A stretch of DNA of 64,000 nt from Batkoa obscura (lineage: Eukaryota). The notes beneath the pieces were generated by a model. That model saw nothing but the letters and a program-made list of their open reading frames with translations. It had not been told where the DNA came from and made no database searches. The stretch's first letter is position 1; each line of letters begins with the position of its first letter. The stretch lies in assembly GCA_030770535.1 (NCBI GenBank), contig JASVEC010000001.1:496001-560000 (forward strand). The letters run 5' to 3'. This document shows, in pieces, positions 10,277 to 23,670 of the stretch. The position numbers and the translations under genes were made by a program.

Positions 10277-11816
10277 AAAGCTAAATCTGATTTAAATAAA
10301 GTTTAGATATTATTTATAATTAAAAATTACCTTATAAATAATAATTGAGATATAAATAATTATAATTAAAAAAGAGGGGTTATTTTTAAAAATATTTCAG
10401 TTTTAAAAATGTTAAGCTTTAAATAAAACACTTGAGATTTTTCAAGATTTAAAATAGTATTCGCCTTTTTAGAAAATGATCCTGTACTGACTGTATTGAA
10501 TCTATAAATAGATCCGAATAACCAAATCTACGTTAAGTAATTGGTAAATTATCTAAGATAGCTAATCAAAACACTTTAATCTCAATTTTTAAGAGGTGAT
10601 ACCAATCCTAACTCAATCTTTTTGATTGGCTATTTAAATACAACATGATATTTATTATGATTTCGGTCATCAACATTTAATTTTAGTTACATCATGCTTA
10701 AACTTAACCAAACAGTTTCTATTGGTAGAGAGCTAGCTATCCAAGAATCTTCCTAATTTAAGATAAACCAATCAAAAGTGATTAATGCGAAGTCCCTTGT
10801 TTAAAATTTAATCCTAGAATAAAGGATATAAAAGGGTTGGCTATTTATCTTTTAAAATAACTGTACATTAATAAAAGTCCTCACACTTAGCATTATTTCT
10901 GTTAGCAAGTAAAAGCTTCATGGACTTCAAAAAAGTTACATTTAATGGCTTTAGGGTCATTGCTGCGATTGGAATTTCTACCGGGCAAGCATATGAAGAG
11001 TATACTTCATTATATGCTATACGCCTACCTTGATAACCTTTCGTGTTCACTTCAAGCTTCTATATTTGCATACCTAAATAATACTAATGTTAAGTTTTTT
11101 TAAGTATATTTGTTAATTGTATTAAATTAGCATTAACTTGTAAAATATACTGAACAAAACAAACTACTGCATATTAAACTTAAATAATCAAGTATAGATG
11201 TAGTTATATTCTCATTATAAACACAAATAAATAAATACAGAAATAAATTTAAACTATACTATGTCATTTCATTAATTTTAAAATTTATTAAATTATATTG
11301 AAATAAATACTTCAGAATATTATAGATAACCATACATCTTGTTTCATTATTTTTACAATCTTAAAGAGTATAAACTCTCAGACGTTTTTATGAAATATTT
11401 ATAGGAAAGAGTCTATCAATGTGGAAAGGTAAATAGGAAGAGTTAGTCATGCTTTTTTTAAGATCTTTCATATTGCGTTCAATCTAATCTTAAAAATATA
11501 ATAGTAAAATTATACAATGTTAAGTTGGGGGGCTTTTGTAAGAAACGAACCCATTGATTAAAAACTAAATAGAGTTTTTATTCATCTTACTAAAAGTGAT
11601 CGATGTTTAAGTGGTAAGTTAAATAAAATATACTGAAGCATTTAAAGTTTCTAAAAAGGAAATTAAGGTTTTTCAATAAAGTAGAAGATATTAAAAAATC
11701 AATTGTTGGAATAATGATGATAATATAATCAATTTAATTTAGATAAAAAGCTAAATAAATAAAACATCTCATTGATGTTTACTTTTTATACTACATAAAA
11801 AATAGTCAAAACATTA

Positions 11817-11921
11817 ATGAGAATAGAGTTCTTTTTGTTTCATTACTTTTTCCATTTTTTGAGCGCTATTAGAGGGAAAAATTAGTAGTAAAATTCTTAA
11901 ACATAAAAATACATCCCCATA
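11817..11921 (-). mobile_element. MITE family 1 copy
   Basis: TTTCATTACTTTTTCCATTTTTTGAGCGCTATT...AGTAAAATTCTTAAACATAAAAATACATCCCCATA. Confidence 0.85.
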
Positions 11922-12416
11922 TAATTATCAAAAAAGCCAAAATTTATATTTAAAAAAAAAACAATAAATAGATAATAGTTTTTTTATTATAAAATTTTAT
12001 TCAAATTAAAAAGTAGTTAATTAAAATTGAAATATAACTAATTGTAATTAAAAAAGTTAGTGTTAATGTTAGTGCTAATATTTATATTTAATTAAATTCA
12101 ATCAGTAATTTATATAATAAAAATTAATATTTTATATAAGAATATTATTTAAATTTAACAAAATTGCCACTATTGAATCTAAATTACTTTAATCTTTGTC
12201 CACTTTTTTGCTTGCTTAAAATTTCTAAATTTGATTTTAAGCAATCAAACTAGTTTCTACTGGAGAAGCTAACCAATAATCTTCTTAATTTTGATCATAA
12301 CTAATAAAGAAATAGGTGTTAAATCCTTTATTTAAAATTAAACCATGACAAAAAGTATAAAACGATAATACTATCAATTTTAAACCATTTTTAATTCTAT
12401 CAAATTATCTTTACAA

Positions 12417-12517
12417 TATGGGGATGTATTTTTATGTTTAAGAATTTTGCTAATAATTTTTTCGCTCAAATAGCGCTTAAAAGATGGAAAAAGTGATGAA
12501 GTCAAAAAACCCTCATA
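12417..12517 (+). mobile_element. MITE family 1 copy
   Basis: TATGGGGATGTATTTTTATGTTTAAGAATTTTGC...CGCTCAAATAGCGCTTAAAAGATGGAAAAAGTGATGAAGTCAAAAAACCCTCATA. Confidence 0.88.
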
Positions 12518-12901
12518 TTTTGTCTTCCTGACACAATCAAGTTTGAGTACCATAATGACTCATTGATAGACCTTAAGGCTGTTACTATCAATCTTTTTGG
12601 CTTCCGTGCTTTAGATTAGCTATAAATATATCACGATGATAATTTTGCATCGCAAAGGCAAAAAGCTGAGAAGATATCGATTTTATACTTAATGTTTGTT
12701 ATGAATATAAAATATGTTAACCTAAAGCTCTATTTTAAGTGTTTTTATTAGATGCACTATTTTGTGAAATTAATCAAAGCATGTTAGCAAACTACTACAT
12801 AACATACTTTGACCATGTGTTAAAGTATATAATAGTGACATTATTATAATTAACATTAATAGTTAAATTATACGATAAATCTCTTTAAAACTTTAACTTT
12901 A

Positions 12902-13058
12902 CAGCTACTGGAGCTCTTTTGCGCCATCTTAGTATAAATTTTAAAAATTATTTTCACAACCAATTTTTGTTATAATCTGACGTTTATAGTCCAGTTAATT
13001 ATCTACAATTTTTTTTACTCAAATAAGCAGTTAAGTCGTAAAAGAGCTGCAACAACAG
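12902..13058 (-). mobile_element. MITE family 2 copy
   Basis: TA|CAGCTACTGGAGCTCTTTTGCGCC ... GTCGTAAAAGAGCTGCAACAACAG|TA; ~157 bp. Confidence 0.65.
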
Positions 13059-13086
13059 TATTGAATATTGAAAAGGTTTTGATTTA

Positions 13087-13251
13087 CAACTATTACAACT
13101 CTATTGCGACTAAACTAACTGTTCATTTTAGGGTAAAATTTAGCTAAATTAAGACTAAAATCTAAGGATCAAGATTTAAATTATCAAAACAGACAAACAA
13201 CTGGATCTAAAAATTACCGTAAATTAGGTTCCAATAGAGCTGCAACTATTA
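13087..13251 (+). mobile_element. MITE family 2 copy, adjacent and inverted relative to the 12902 copy
   Basis: TA|CAACTATTACAACTCTATTGCGAC...AACTGTTCATTTTAGGGTAAAATT...GGTTCCAATAGAGCTGCAAC; colinear with 58592-58754. Confidence 0.7.
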
Positions 13252-13677
13252 TAACTCGATCGAAATCTGAACCAGCTTATAGTTCTAACAATCCGAGTTA
13301 TTAAAGTAATTCTCATAATATAGTAGAACTTGTCATAACGAAACATTTGATTTCAGTCAATTAAATATTCTAGTTTATTCTTTGTCATAAGATAATCCTA
13401 AAATCTAATTGGCTGAAATTAGAAATATCATTGCAACAAATTCTACAATACTATATATGTTGGAGTCACTTTAATAGCTCGAATTGTTATACTTTGTACT
13501 AAAAATATCCAAATTTCTCAAAAGCCTAAATAATTGGTTGAATTTCAAGTTTCTAAACATTGAAGCCTTAGAAATGTTTGCCATCATTTCATATGAAACC
13601 ATCAAAAACATCCATTTTTGACGTCATAGATCACAAAATTTTCTTTTTCTTTTCTCTTTAATTTTTTAAAAAAATCC

Positions 13678-16600
13678 ATGGAAAAAGAAAACATTGAAAA
13701 AGAGGCTTTATTACCACAAAGTGTGGTTTCCGAACGCCGAGATTCCTTACAAGATGCACAAGATCAACCACAAGAATTGTTATCTCAAGTTGATCAAAAC
13801 TTGCCTCAAACTGCTGAACCCATCTCAGATATAGCTCAAGTAGAACAAGGTGTTTTGAAAGAAGGTAAATTTACAATTAAAAGTTCAATTTTAAAAAAGA
13901 TTACTTACAGTCAAAAGATTCCATAAGTGAAATAATAGAAGCTGGTCCAAGTGAACTTGTTAATATTATACGTGGTGGTAATGAGCCCACAAAACATATT
14001 TTACTAAAAGATCAACCATATGCGTTAAATGTTTTACCTGGGGAATATAGTCCTGAACAAGTAAGCGATATGAAAAATAATATACCTTGTTCACCTGATG
14101 AAATACCTAAGATAGTCATTGGTTGGGAAGAGAGTTTAAATAAAGATTTAGCACAGGTTCAACAGGTTCAAGAAGGAGTATCTGAACAAAAAGTAAGTCA
14201 TTGGAAAAATGTGACAGTAATTTATGTAGCTATATTTTTAACTTGGTTTGGTGTGATACTTGGTGGCGGTATTACATGGTGTTTAATAGTGGTAGCATGT
14301 TGTTCAAGTTATTATCAAAATACCATTGAACGGTATAGAAAAAGTGCCCGGGATGATGCTATTCGAGAATTATGGTTACAAAAATTAGATAATGAAACAG
14401 AATCAGTTGCTTGGTTAAATTCGTTTTTAGATCGATTTTGGGTTATCTATGAACCCGGTTTATCAACTACTATTAAAAGTATTGTGGATGCAGCATTGGA
14501 AATCAATAAACCAACCTTTTTGGAAAATTTAAGTTTAAGCGAGTTTAGATTAGGAAATAAAGCACCAAGAATTAATTCAGTAAAAACACATACTAAAACT
14601 AAAAATAACTCTGTTTTGATGGATTGGGATATTGAATTTCAACCCAATAAAGATTTATCAATGACGTTAGAACAAATTAAAAATCAAATTAATCCCAAAG
14701 TAGTATTACAAATACGAGTTGGTAAAGGGATGGTAGGTGCAGGTTTACCAGTACTTGTAGAAGATTTTGCTATTCGAGGAGTATTAAGAGTACGAATTAA
14801 TTTTGGTGATGTATTCCCACATGTAGATGTAGTTACATTACAATTTTTAGAAAGACCAGATATTGATTATGTACTTAAACCAGTAGGTGGTGAAACATTT
14901 GGATTTGATATTGGGAATATACCTGGATTAAGTTCATTTATTAGAGATCAAATTCATGGTACTTTAGAAGGTATGATGTATGCACCTAATATCTTTAGTT
15001 TATCAATTGCTCAAATGATGGCACCAATTGCTAAAGATAAATATAAAGGGATATTAAAAGTTAATGTAAGATATGCTAAAGATTTACAATATCAAGATGG
15101 ATCTGGAGATCCTTATGTATTAATATCTACATCTAATAAAAGACCAAGTTATCGTACAAAAACTAAAAATCAAACATATAATCCAGAATATAATGAAGCA
15201 TTTGAAATGATATTATTAAAAGAAGAAGATAGTATTAAATTTACAGTCTTTGATTTTAATTCCTTTCGTAAAGATTTTGAATGTGGTAGTGACTATTTAT
15301 CAACGGAAAGTTTTAATGAAAAACCAATTCAAAATAATCTTCAATTACCACTTAAAAGAGGTTCCCTTTATGTAGGTAGTTTAACTATTGATTGTCAATT
15401 TTATCCAGTTGATTTTGAATATTTACCAAAAGTTAATAATGATAAAACAGTAACAACATCAACAGAATCTCAATTACCTAAATCAGGTATCTTACATTTT
15501 ACATTACATCAAATTAAAGAATTAGATGCTTCTAAATCTTTAATTAATAAATTTACACCTTATTGTTTAATATCAATTGATAATATTGAAAAATTACAGA
15601 CAGCAAAAAAGAAAAGAAATAATAATCCTATTTATGAAGAATCTATTGAACATTATGTAAAAGATATTAATAATTGTAAATTCAATTTAATTATTAAAGA
15701 TGATCGTGGTATGTCAGTTGATCCAATTATAGCTAAATGGTCTCAAGATGCTATTAAATTGATTGAACAAAGTGGATGGTATCCCTTAAATAATGTAGCT
15801 TCAGGAAAAGTTAAAGTTACTACAAAATTTTATCCATTAAAAGGACAAACAAATGAATTTAATAATGATAATTTGTTAAATTATTTTGGTTTATTAAAAT
15901 TATTTATTATTGAAGCACCAAAATTAAAATTAAATTCAAGTAAATCGGAAGTTTATATTAAAGTCAAATATTTGAATAAAGTTATGGGAAATACTAAAAT
16001 ATTAAGATCAGATTTAATTCCTCGTTGGAATCATCAATTAGAATTTCCTATTCATTTGGAATCTGATCATATTGAATTAGAACTTATCGAAATAATTAAT
16101 AATGAAGCTATTATTTTGGGCAAAGTAGAACATTTAATATCGAATTTAATTTTTCAAAAAGAAAATGGATTTGAATCTAAAGGTTTAATTAACAAGTAAG
16201 TTTGTTATTTATATTGAATGAAGTTTATATTAATTAATATTAATATTTTATTTTATTTTTTAGTTGGACAAGTATTAAATCCAAATCTAATCGAATTGTT
16301 GGTGCATTACATTTTGGTTCTTGTTTATTTATTAAAGATCAAGAATTAGTTTCTCAAGTGGATAATAAATTAATTGATGAAGTCAACAATTTAGAATCAA
16401 TTAATGAAGATAAAAAAGATAATAATAATAATAATAAATCAACTAATCTTCCAGCAATTGAATTATATCCAAGTATAAATAATGGTATATTAGGGATTAA
16501 TTTTATGAAATTAGAAGGGATTAAATTGGATAATATTTCAATGGGACTTTATTTAGATGGACCAAATAGTAAAGTTATTAAAGATAATATTCAATTTAAA

Positions 16601-18072
16601 GGAAACAAGAATAATGAAAATAATTTTAATTGTTTTATTCAAGATATTCAACAAGAAAAATTGATATTTATATTAAAAGAAAATCAAGATATTTTAGTTA
16701 AAAAAGAAGTATCATTTAATGAATTATTAAATAAACCAATTAAAGACAAAATTGAATTTGAATTAATAGAAAGTATCAAATTAAATTTGTGTTATAATAT
16801 TACTCCAATTGAATATCATCAATTAAATGGTATTAGTGATGTTTTAGGTAATTTATTAATATTATTAATTTACTAATATTAATATTATTTTTATTAGGCC
16901 ATGGTAAATTAGATGTTACTATTGTTGAAGCCAAAGATTTGCTTGGAGTTGATAGTTCGGGTACTAGCGATCCATATGTTAAAGTATATATGAATGATGT
17001 TCGTATATTTAAAACACAAACATACAAAAAAAATTTAAATCCAAAAATTAATGAATCATTTACTGTACCTTTAGTAAGTAAAATTTTTATAATAATAATA
17101 ATATTTATTTATTTATTTATTTTATTTTAATTTTAATTCTTTTTTATAGCTTGATAGTTCCAGTTCAGTATTAGATTTTCGAGTTTATGACTGGAATAAA
17201 GTACATTCTTCTGAATCTTTAGGATCTATTCAAATCAATTTAGATGATCCTAAATTTTCATTTATGCAAGGGGAGGTATATGATCAATTTTATGACTTAA
17301 ATGATGTTGGTAAAGGTCAATTACGTTTATTATTAAAATATCAAAAAGCAACTTTAGCCGATGAAGAAATGAATTTAGCAGTTGAATACTTAAAAAATGC
17401 TAAAACTCATATAAGAGCTAACTCCATGATGTCTGAAACTTCTTCAATTGGACAATCTACTTTTGTATCTACTTTACCTAATACAGTAAACAATGTGGTT
17501 ACTCAAGAGACACTTAATGATCAAAGAAACTCCAATCAATCTACTAGAAAAGAAGAAGCGAAGGGTAAAGCAGGTAGAATTAAAGTTACTATTATTGGAG
17601 CAGATAAATTGATGGCTGCAGATAAAGGAGGTAAGTTTATTAATAAAAAAGAATTCTTATATTGAATAATATAAACTAATATTAATGAATTTTATTAGGT
17701 ACTAGTGATCCCTATGTTAAAGTTAAAAAAGACGGAGAACAAATTTATCAAACTAAAAAAGTTAAAAAAACTTTAGAACCTCAATGGTAATTTATTTTAT
17801 TTTATTAATTTTTAATTAATTATTTTATTTTATTTAGGTATGAATCATTTAATTTAGATTTAAAAGATGGAGAGCCATGTTGGTTACATTTATCTGTTAT
17901 GGATCATAATCGAATTCATTCGGATGTTCCATTAGGTACAACTTCATTTAATATTTGGGAACATCTTTCAAATGATCCAAATGAAGGGGAAAAAATCGAA
18001 TTTTATACTAATACTTTAGTTGGTGGAGAACATGGTAGAGTTCAAATTTCTTTAGAATATCTTGGTATTTAA
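13678..18072 (+). CDS. Tricalbin / extended synaptotagmin (TM hairpin, SMP domain, about six C2 domains), multi-exon
   Basis: ESVAWLNSFLDRFWVIYEP and DIGNIPGLSSFI (SMP); C2 motifs GDPYV and GTSDPYVKV twice; about six introns; stop TAA at 18070-18072. Confidence 0.9.
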
Positions 18073-18255
18073 ATTATTAAAAGATGTTTATTAATAAATT
18101 TTATATTTGATAAAAAATTTAATATATATTTTTAATATTTTTATTTTTATTTTTTAATATTATATAATATTATTAATCATTATTCAAAGAATGAGAAATC
18201 AAATTAAAAAGGACAATACAATGAATTATTGAAAAGAAGAGTTATAAAAATCAAA

Positions 18256-18280
18256 TATTGTATTGTATTGTATTGTATTG
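18256..18280 (+). repeat. (TATTG)5 microsatellite
   Basis: Five perfect TATTG units between the convergent 3' ends of tricalbin and ABC1. Confidence 0.9.
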
Positions 18281-18303
18281 TATTTATATTTATATATTTA
18301 TAT

Positions 18304-20035
18304 TTATTCCACTTTTTTAATATTATTATTTAATGGAGAAATCAATATTGATAATTTATAAAACCAATTTAATAATAAAAATTTAAATCTAAGTAAATAA
18401 TAGGAATATAATAAATTAAAATACTTTGGAGTAATATTAAATAAGTTATCAACCTTCCAATTGAATTCCTTCATTAAATAAAGATGTGAGAAATCACCTA
18501 AAATTTTAAATTGAAGATAAGGATCCTGTTTTAATTCCATTGAAATTAATTTTAATAAATCTTGAATTTTAAATAAATAAACTAAATCATTAGGAATATC
18601 TGCTAATAATTTAGCAATATTAGGTAAATGTTGAATTACTTTTTGTTCAAAATTAAAATCTTTAGAATTTCCTTGACGTGCTGTTAAAATGGCTTTAATT
18701 AATCTATATGTAGTTGAGTTACCACCTAATTTAATAGAATATTCTTTGATTTGATTTTCATTTTGTTGTAATATATTAATCCATAAATGTGCATATAAAT
18801 TGATAAAGTTACTATTGAGTTCATGATATAATCCATGATCTAATAATACAATTTTGAAATTCTTTTTGCTATCTTTTTCATCTTTAATAATCATTAAATT
18901 GCCAGGATCTATTTAAAGTTAATTAATATTATTTATTATTTATTATTTATTATTTATTAAACTTACGTGCATCACAATGTATAAATCTAATATTTAATAA
19001 AAATAAATAAATAAATAAATAATACAAATAAATAAAATAAAATTTACCTATGTCTATAAAGCATTTCAGAAAATATTTGATTAATTTCAATACTTACTTT
19101 TCTTGGATTAATTTGATTTTCTTTAAAATATTCTACATCATTTAATTTTTTACCATCAATAACTAAAGAATTAATTAAATTAATTTTAAAATATAAAATA
19201 TAAAATATAAAATATACTTACATTCCATACAAAGAATTCTTTTTGTTGCCCAATAAACCTTTGGAATTAAAAGTTTATAATTTAATAAATCAAAATTTTG
19301 CTTTGCTCTAATACCATTTTCACCTTCAATTTCAAAATCCAGTTCTTTAGGTAAATTCCGTTTAATTTCATTAATCAACCAACTAAATTGAAATTGAGGT
19401 AATACAAATTGTGCCAAATTAACCATTTTGTCCAATATTAAAAGATCTAATTTAGAAAATAAACCTACTTTAGGATGTTGCAATTTCACTGCAATTTCCT
19501 TCCCTTGATAAATTCCTTTATGAACTTGAGCAATAGAAGCTACTCCAATTGGTTCAGGTTCAATGAACTCAAAGATTTCATTTAATGATTTTCCAGTATC
19601 TAGAAAGACCATTTTATCTAATACTTCCAACTTCGTAGCAGGACAAGCGTCATGTAAAGGTCGAAATGTAACACACCATTCCACTGGTAAAAAGTAATTT
19701 AATGCTGTTAAATGTTGACCTAATTTAATATAGAAACCACCATTATACAACATGGCTTTTAATACTCGATTTGCATTACGTTGATGTATTTCTTTTTTTT
19801 TTTGTTCAATATACTTTGAATTGGAATTGTTATCTAATTCAAATGGCCAATTTAATCGATAATCAATGATCACTTCTAATCCCGTTCCTACAGCCATTAA
19901 ACCTCGGCTTATTCCTTCTATATAGAATTGAACATCATCTAAATGAAACGTGTAGATTTCTAAACTTATTAAACTGGCTAATATTAATCCAATATTTCGT
20001 TTGTTTGATTGTAACCAATGGGGTTGTTGTTGCTG

Positions 20036-20068
<33 letters not shown>

Positions 20069-20185
20069 GATAGATAATGTTGTTAATGTTCTATTAATAG
20101 GTCGAAACTTAGGTTGTAATTTAATTGGAGATAAAATAGACCGAGCCAAGATACATCGTTGTTTTAGTAGCCCTGTTAGTAGCAT
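18304..20185 (-). CDS. ABC1/ADCK (UbiB) atypical kinase, ADCK1/Mcp2-like
   Basis: YIKLGQ, ASIAQVH, AVKLQHP, ELDFEIEG, FIHCDAHPGN (split by micro-exon 18967-18986), LLDHGLY; presequence-like N-terminus with poly-N/Q. Confidence 0.9.
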
Positions 20186-20817
20186 TTATACTATGTTAAT
20201 ATTTGGGAATATAAAATAAAAAAAGTTTGGAATATTTATCTTTTTATATTTTTAAAAGGTAACCAATTAGATTTCTACTCGAACTTAGTAAATAAAATAT
20301 CGATCTATTTTCGATAATTTCGGAAAAACACCGGTCCGTATTTAATAATTTTACAAAATAAAATTATTGTTTTTGGATATTTTCATAATTAGCGCATATA
20401 ATTAATAGATCGTAGTTTTATTTTATGAAAAAATGGATTGTAATCTCCGTCTCATTTTAACTTTACTTTAACTTTATTTTGTCTACATTAACTTTAATTT
20501 TATTTTTTATTTTTTATTTTTATTAATACTAGTTTATTTACATTAATTTAAATTTTTGAAATATACCATTTATTTTGAGTAAAAAAACTCAATCATAAGA
20601 ATTAGAAAACATACAATTAAACTTAATTTTAACTCATTAAAATACATTATTATTCCAGTTTATATTAACGATTGACTATAAAACATCATAAATGAACTAT
20701 TATCATGAACTATCATTATATTCTATTTTGTTAATAAATAATCTTTTTATTTCATTTTAAAATAGTCATATACTTCAACTTATAATCCATTACATAACCC
20801 CTAGAGTCCTATTTTCC

Positions 20818-21751
20818 TTAATTATCAATCCCTTCTAATGCCAACGCTTGAACAATTCTGGATAGATCAACCTCGGATTCCTTATTCTCCAATTCTTTGT
20901 TATCAATTGCTTCCTGTTCACTTTTAACTTCTAAATTCTCATATTCATTCCCACTACTTTTCTCTAAAACAGATTTATCCATTTCATTTCCACTTTCATT
21001 CTCGTCCAGCATAATTTTCATTGGTTGTAATATCAAATTACAAGGTATGGTAGGATGAGTGAAATGAGAGTTATTAATTAAATTAATACTTGGCCATAAC
21101 CAAGAGGGTACAGGTAAATTGATATCGATGGGTGATTTAAAACCACGAACAAATTCAGTTTCTTCAGATGTTATCACTTCTTCATCATGATATCTAAAAG
21201 TTTTCTTATATTACTATTTTAAGTTTTAATGGAATTATTATTATAACTACCTTAAAAATTCTTGTAAACAACTAGTTACAGTCCACATTTGTAATTTTCT
21301 TAAACATGCTATTACAATTCCTGTCACTACGGTACCATCAATACAATGGATATAAATTGGTGAGTTTTCTGGATTGATAATCACCTTGGGAATAAGTTAA
21401 AATTAAGATTCTTTTTTTTATTTAAAATATATTCAATCTCACCTGTAAACAACGAATGATTTTTGAATACGATAATGGAACGTTTTCTTTTGGTTTACTA
21501 ACTCTTATCCAAAGATTATTAATTTCATTTAACTTACAAAACTTCACTAGATCCGGGTTTGGTTGTTCAGGTATTAAACTTAATACAGATTTTAATTTTA
21601 ATCTATACAATATGAATTTGATTTTTATTTGAAAATTTCACTTCAAAATTCACCTTTTTAAAAAATTTTGATTACGAACTTTAGGATATGCCCCACGATA
21701 TACCCCTTCTTCTAATTGTCCATATCGAAAAGGTAGAAATAATCCAGCCAT
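20818..21751 (-). CDS. OCA6: Siw14/OCA-family tyrosine-phosphatase-like protein (Oca6-like), 4 exons
   Basis: PFRYGQLEEGVYRGAYP, LKLKSVLSL, PIYIHCIDGTVVTG..CLRKLQMW, C-terminal LSRIVQALALEG. Confidence 0.8.
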
Positions 21752-22086
21752 TGAAGTTTAGAAAAATGGATATAAGACTACTTTTGTTTGCCTTTTTTGG
21801 TAGCTCAATATGAGCTTTGAATTGCAAGGCTTAATTTAATTGGTCCCATAGAAATTTTGCATTGAAATCGGTGACGTAATTTTGCATTAAAATAAACGAG
21901 ATCTCAAGGAATCAAGGATTTTATAAGATAATAAACGAACGAAGCTAAAGGAGAAGGTAAGCAATATAGCAAAATAACAAAAAAAGATAAGATTGAATTA
22001 ATCTTTAAATTTATATATTAATATCCATTTTTTTATTAATCAAAGTTGATCCAATATAAATAAGTTCTAAATTTCATATAAAACTA

Positions 22087-22926
22087 TTACACAATACCAC
22101 TCCATTCTAAAGTAAATAAATGGGCACTTAGTCGAATATTGACTGCCTTTTCATCTTCTTTTTTTACAGTAGCTAAAACACGAGTTTTATTAACACCAGT
22201 AGCTAATCGACCATAACTAACTAATTGACTTAAAGTGAATAATTGATTTGGTTCATAAGTATTTACAATATGCCTTGAGTGGCACCTTTCTGGATCGTCT
22301 AAAAAAAGGATCAATAATCAACCAATATTTCATTTACATAAAAAAAGAAACAATTAATCGAACTTACCATAATACAATAAATAATCACCACCAAATTTGG
22401 AACCTGAAGTAATAAAAAATTTTTGTGGAGCTTGATAAAGATAAAGATAAACTAAATATTTTGAAGAAATAGATATTCGATTTAATGGCGCTAATAAGGC
22501 AGGTGGTGCCTTTGGTAACGCATTATACAATTTTTCATATTCTTTTAAATGAGATAAATCATTCCCTTTTTTGATGGAAAATTGTTCTAAATGAATGGAG
22601 ATTGGTGGTTCATTTTTTAAGGGTATATTATCTAAGTTTAATAAGATTAATAATTGTTCAAATGCTAACAATGCAGGCAATGAATTGTCGTGGTTTTGTA
22701 ATGGATTACTGGGTAAACACCCAATGAAATTGCACACCATTCGATACCTTGAACGAAGTAATTCTACATCTATTTCAAGTTAATAAAAAATTTACAATAT
22801 TGAATTAATAGGGTTGTTGTATATCGATAGAACCAAAACAAATTATATACCTTTTAAATTCCATAATAATAATTGTAAATCCAAGTTACCAACTAAAGTG
22901 ATTGTAATGTTGGCTGATCCTTCCAT
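22087..22926 (-). CDS. SEN34: tRNA-splicing endonuclease subunit Sen34
   Basis: IGCLPSNPLQN...LP N-terminal motif, GSKFGGDYLLY, DPERCHS, GRLATGVNK; two introns. Confidence 0.85.
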
Positions 22927-23670
22927 ATTTTTGATTTAGTTAAGAATTCTTTTAGTGAAAATTTTTCAAATGATTGAAATTTCTTTTCTTTTTACACATT
23001 CAAGTTTTAGCTTATTTTTTAAGCTACGAATAAAATGCATTTGCTAACTAATTAAATTACGTTGGAAGTTCAATTTTTTAATGTAGCTTAATTTTTTAGA
23101 ATACCTTTAAAATTCTAGTCGGTATAAAATAAATGAAATGTTTATTTTAGAATATTATTTAGTCTTTGTACATACATTTGTATCAAAACGATATGTAAGA
23201 TAGCTTTTTACAACGCCTTTAATATCAATAATATCAAGCTTGAATTTCTAAAAATAAATAGGGCTATAAATAGATTTTTATTTATAACTAATATCTTATT
23301 CTTACGTAGTAAATTAATCAAGTAAAATGTACTCTGTAACATTGAAGTTAAAATAGCAACTTGATCAAAAAAATTGAATTTTGTTAACTAATTGTGTAAT
23401 TTAAATAATTATATACTAATTTTAAAATATAAAATATAAAATACAAAACTTGATTATAATATTAAAATATTGGTCAATTTGAATCTTTAATAATAATACA
23501 AAAAATAGTAACGTATGAGTATGAAAAAAAGATACCATAAAGCAAGTGTGGAAAAGAAAAAGAAAAAGAAAATAGAATAATCAAGTATAAAACATTAATT
23601 TTTAAAAATAAAGTGGACTATTAAGGGACTTATTTAGTATATCAAAAAAAACTTGACTGATGAATTAAAA

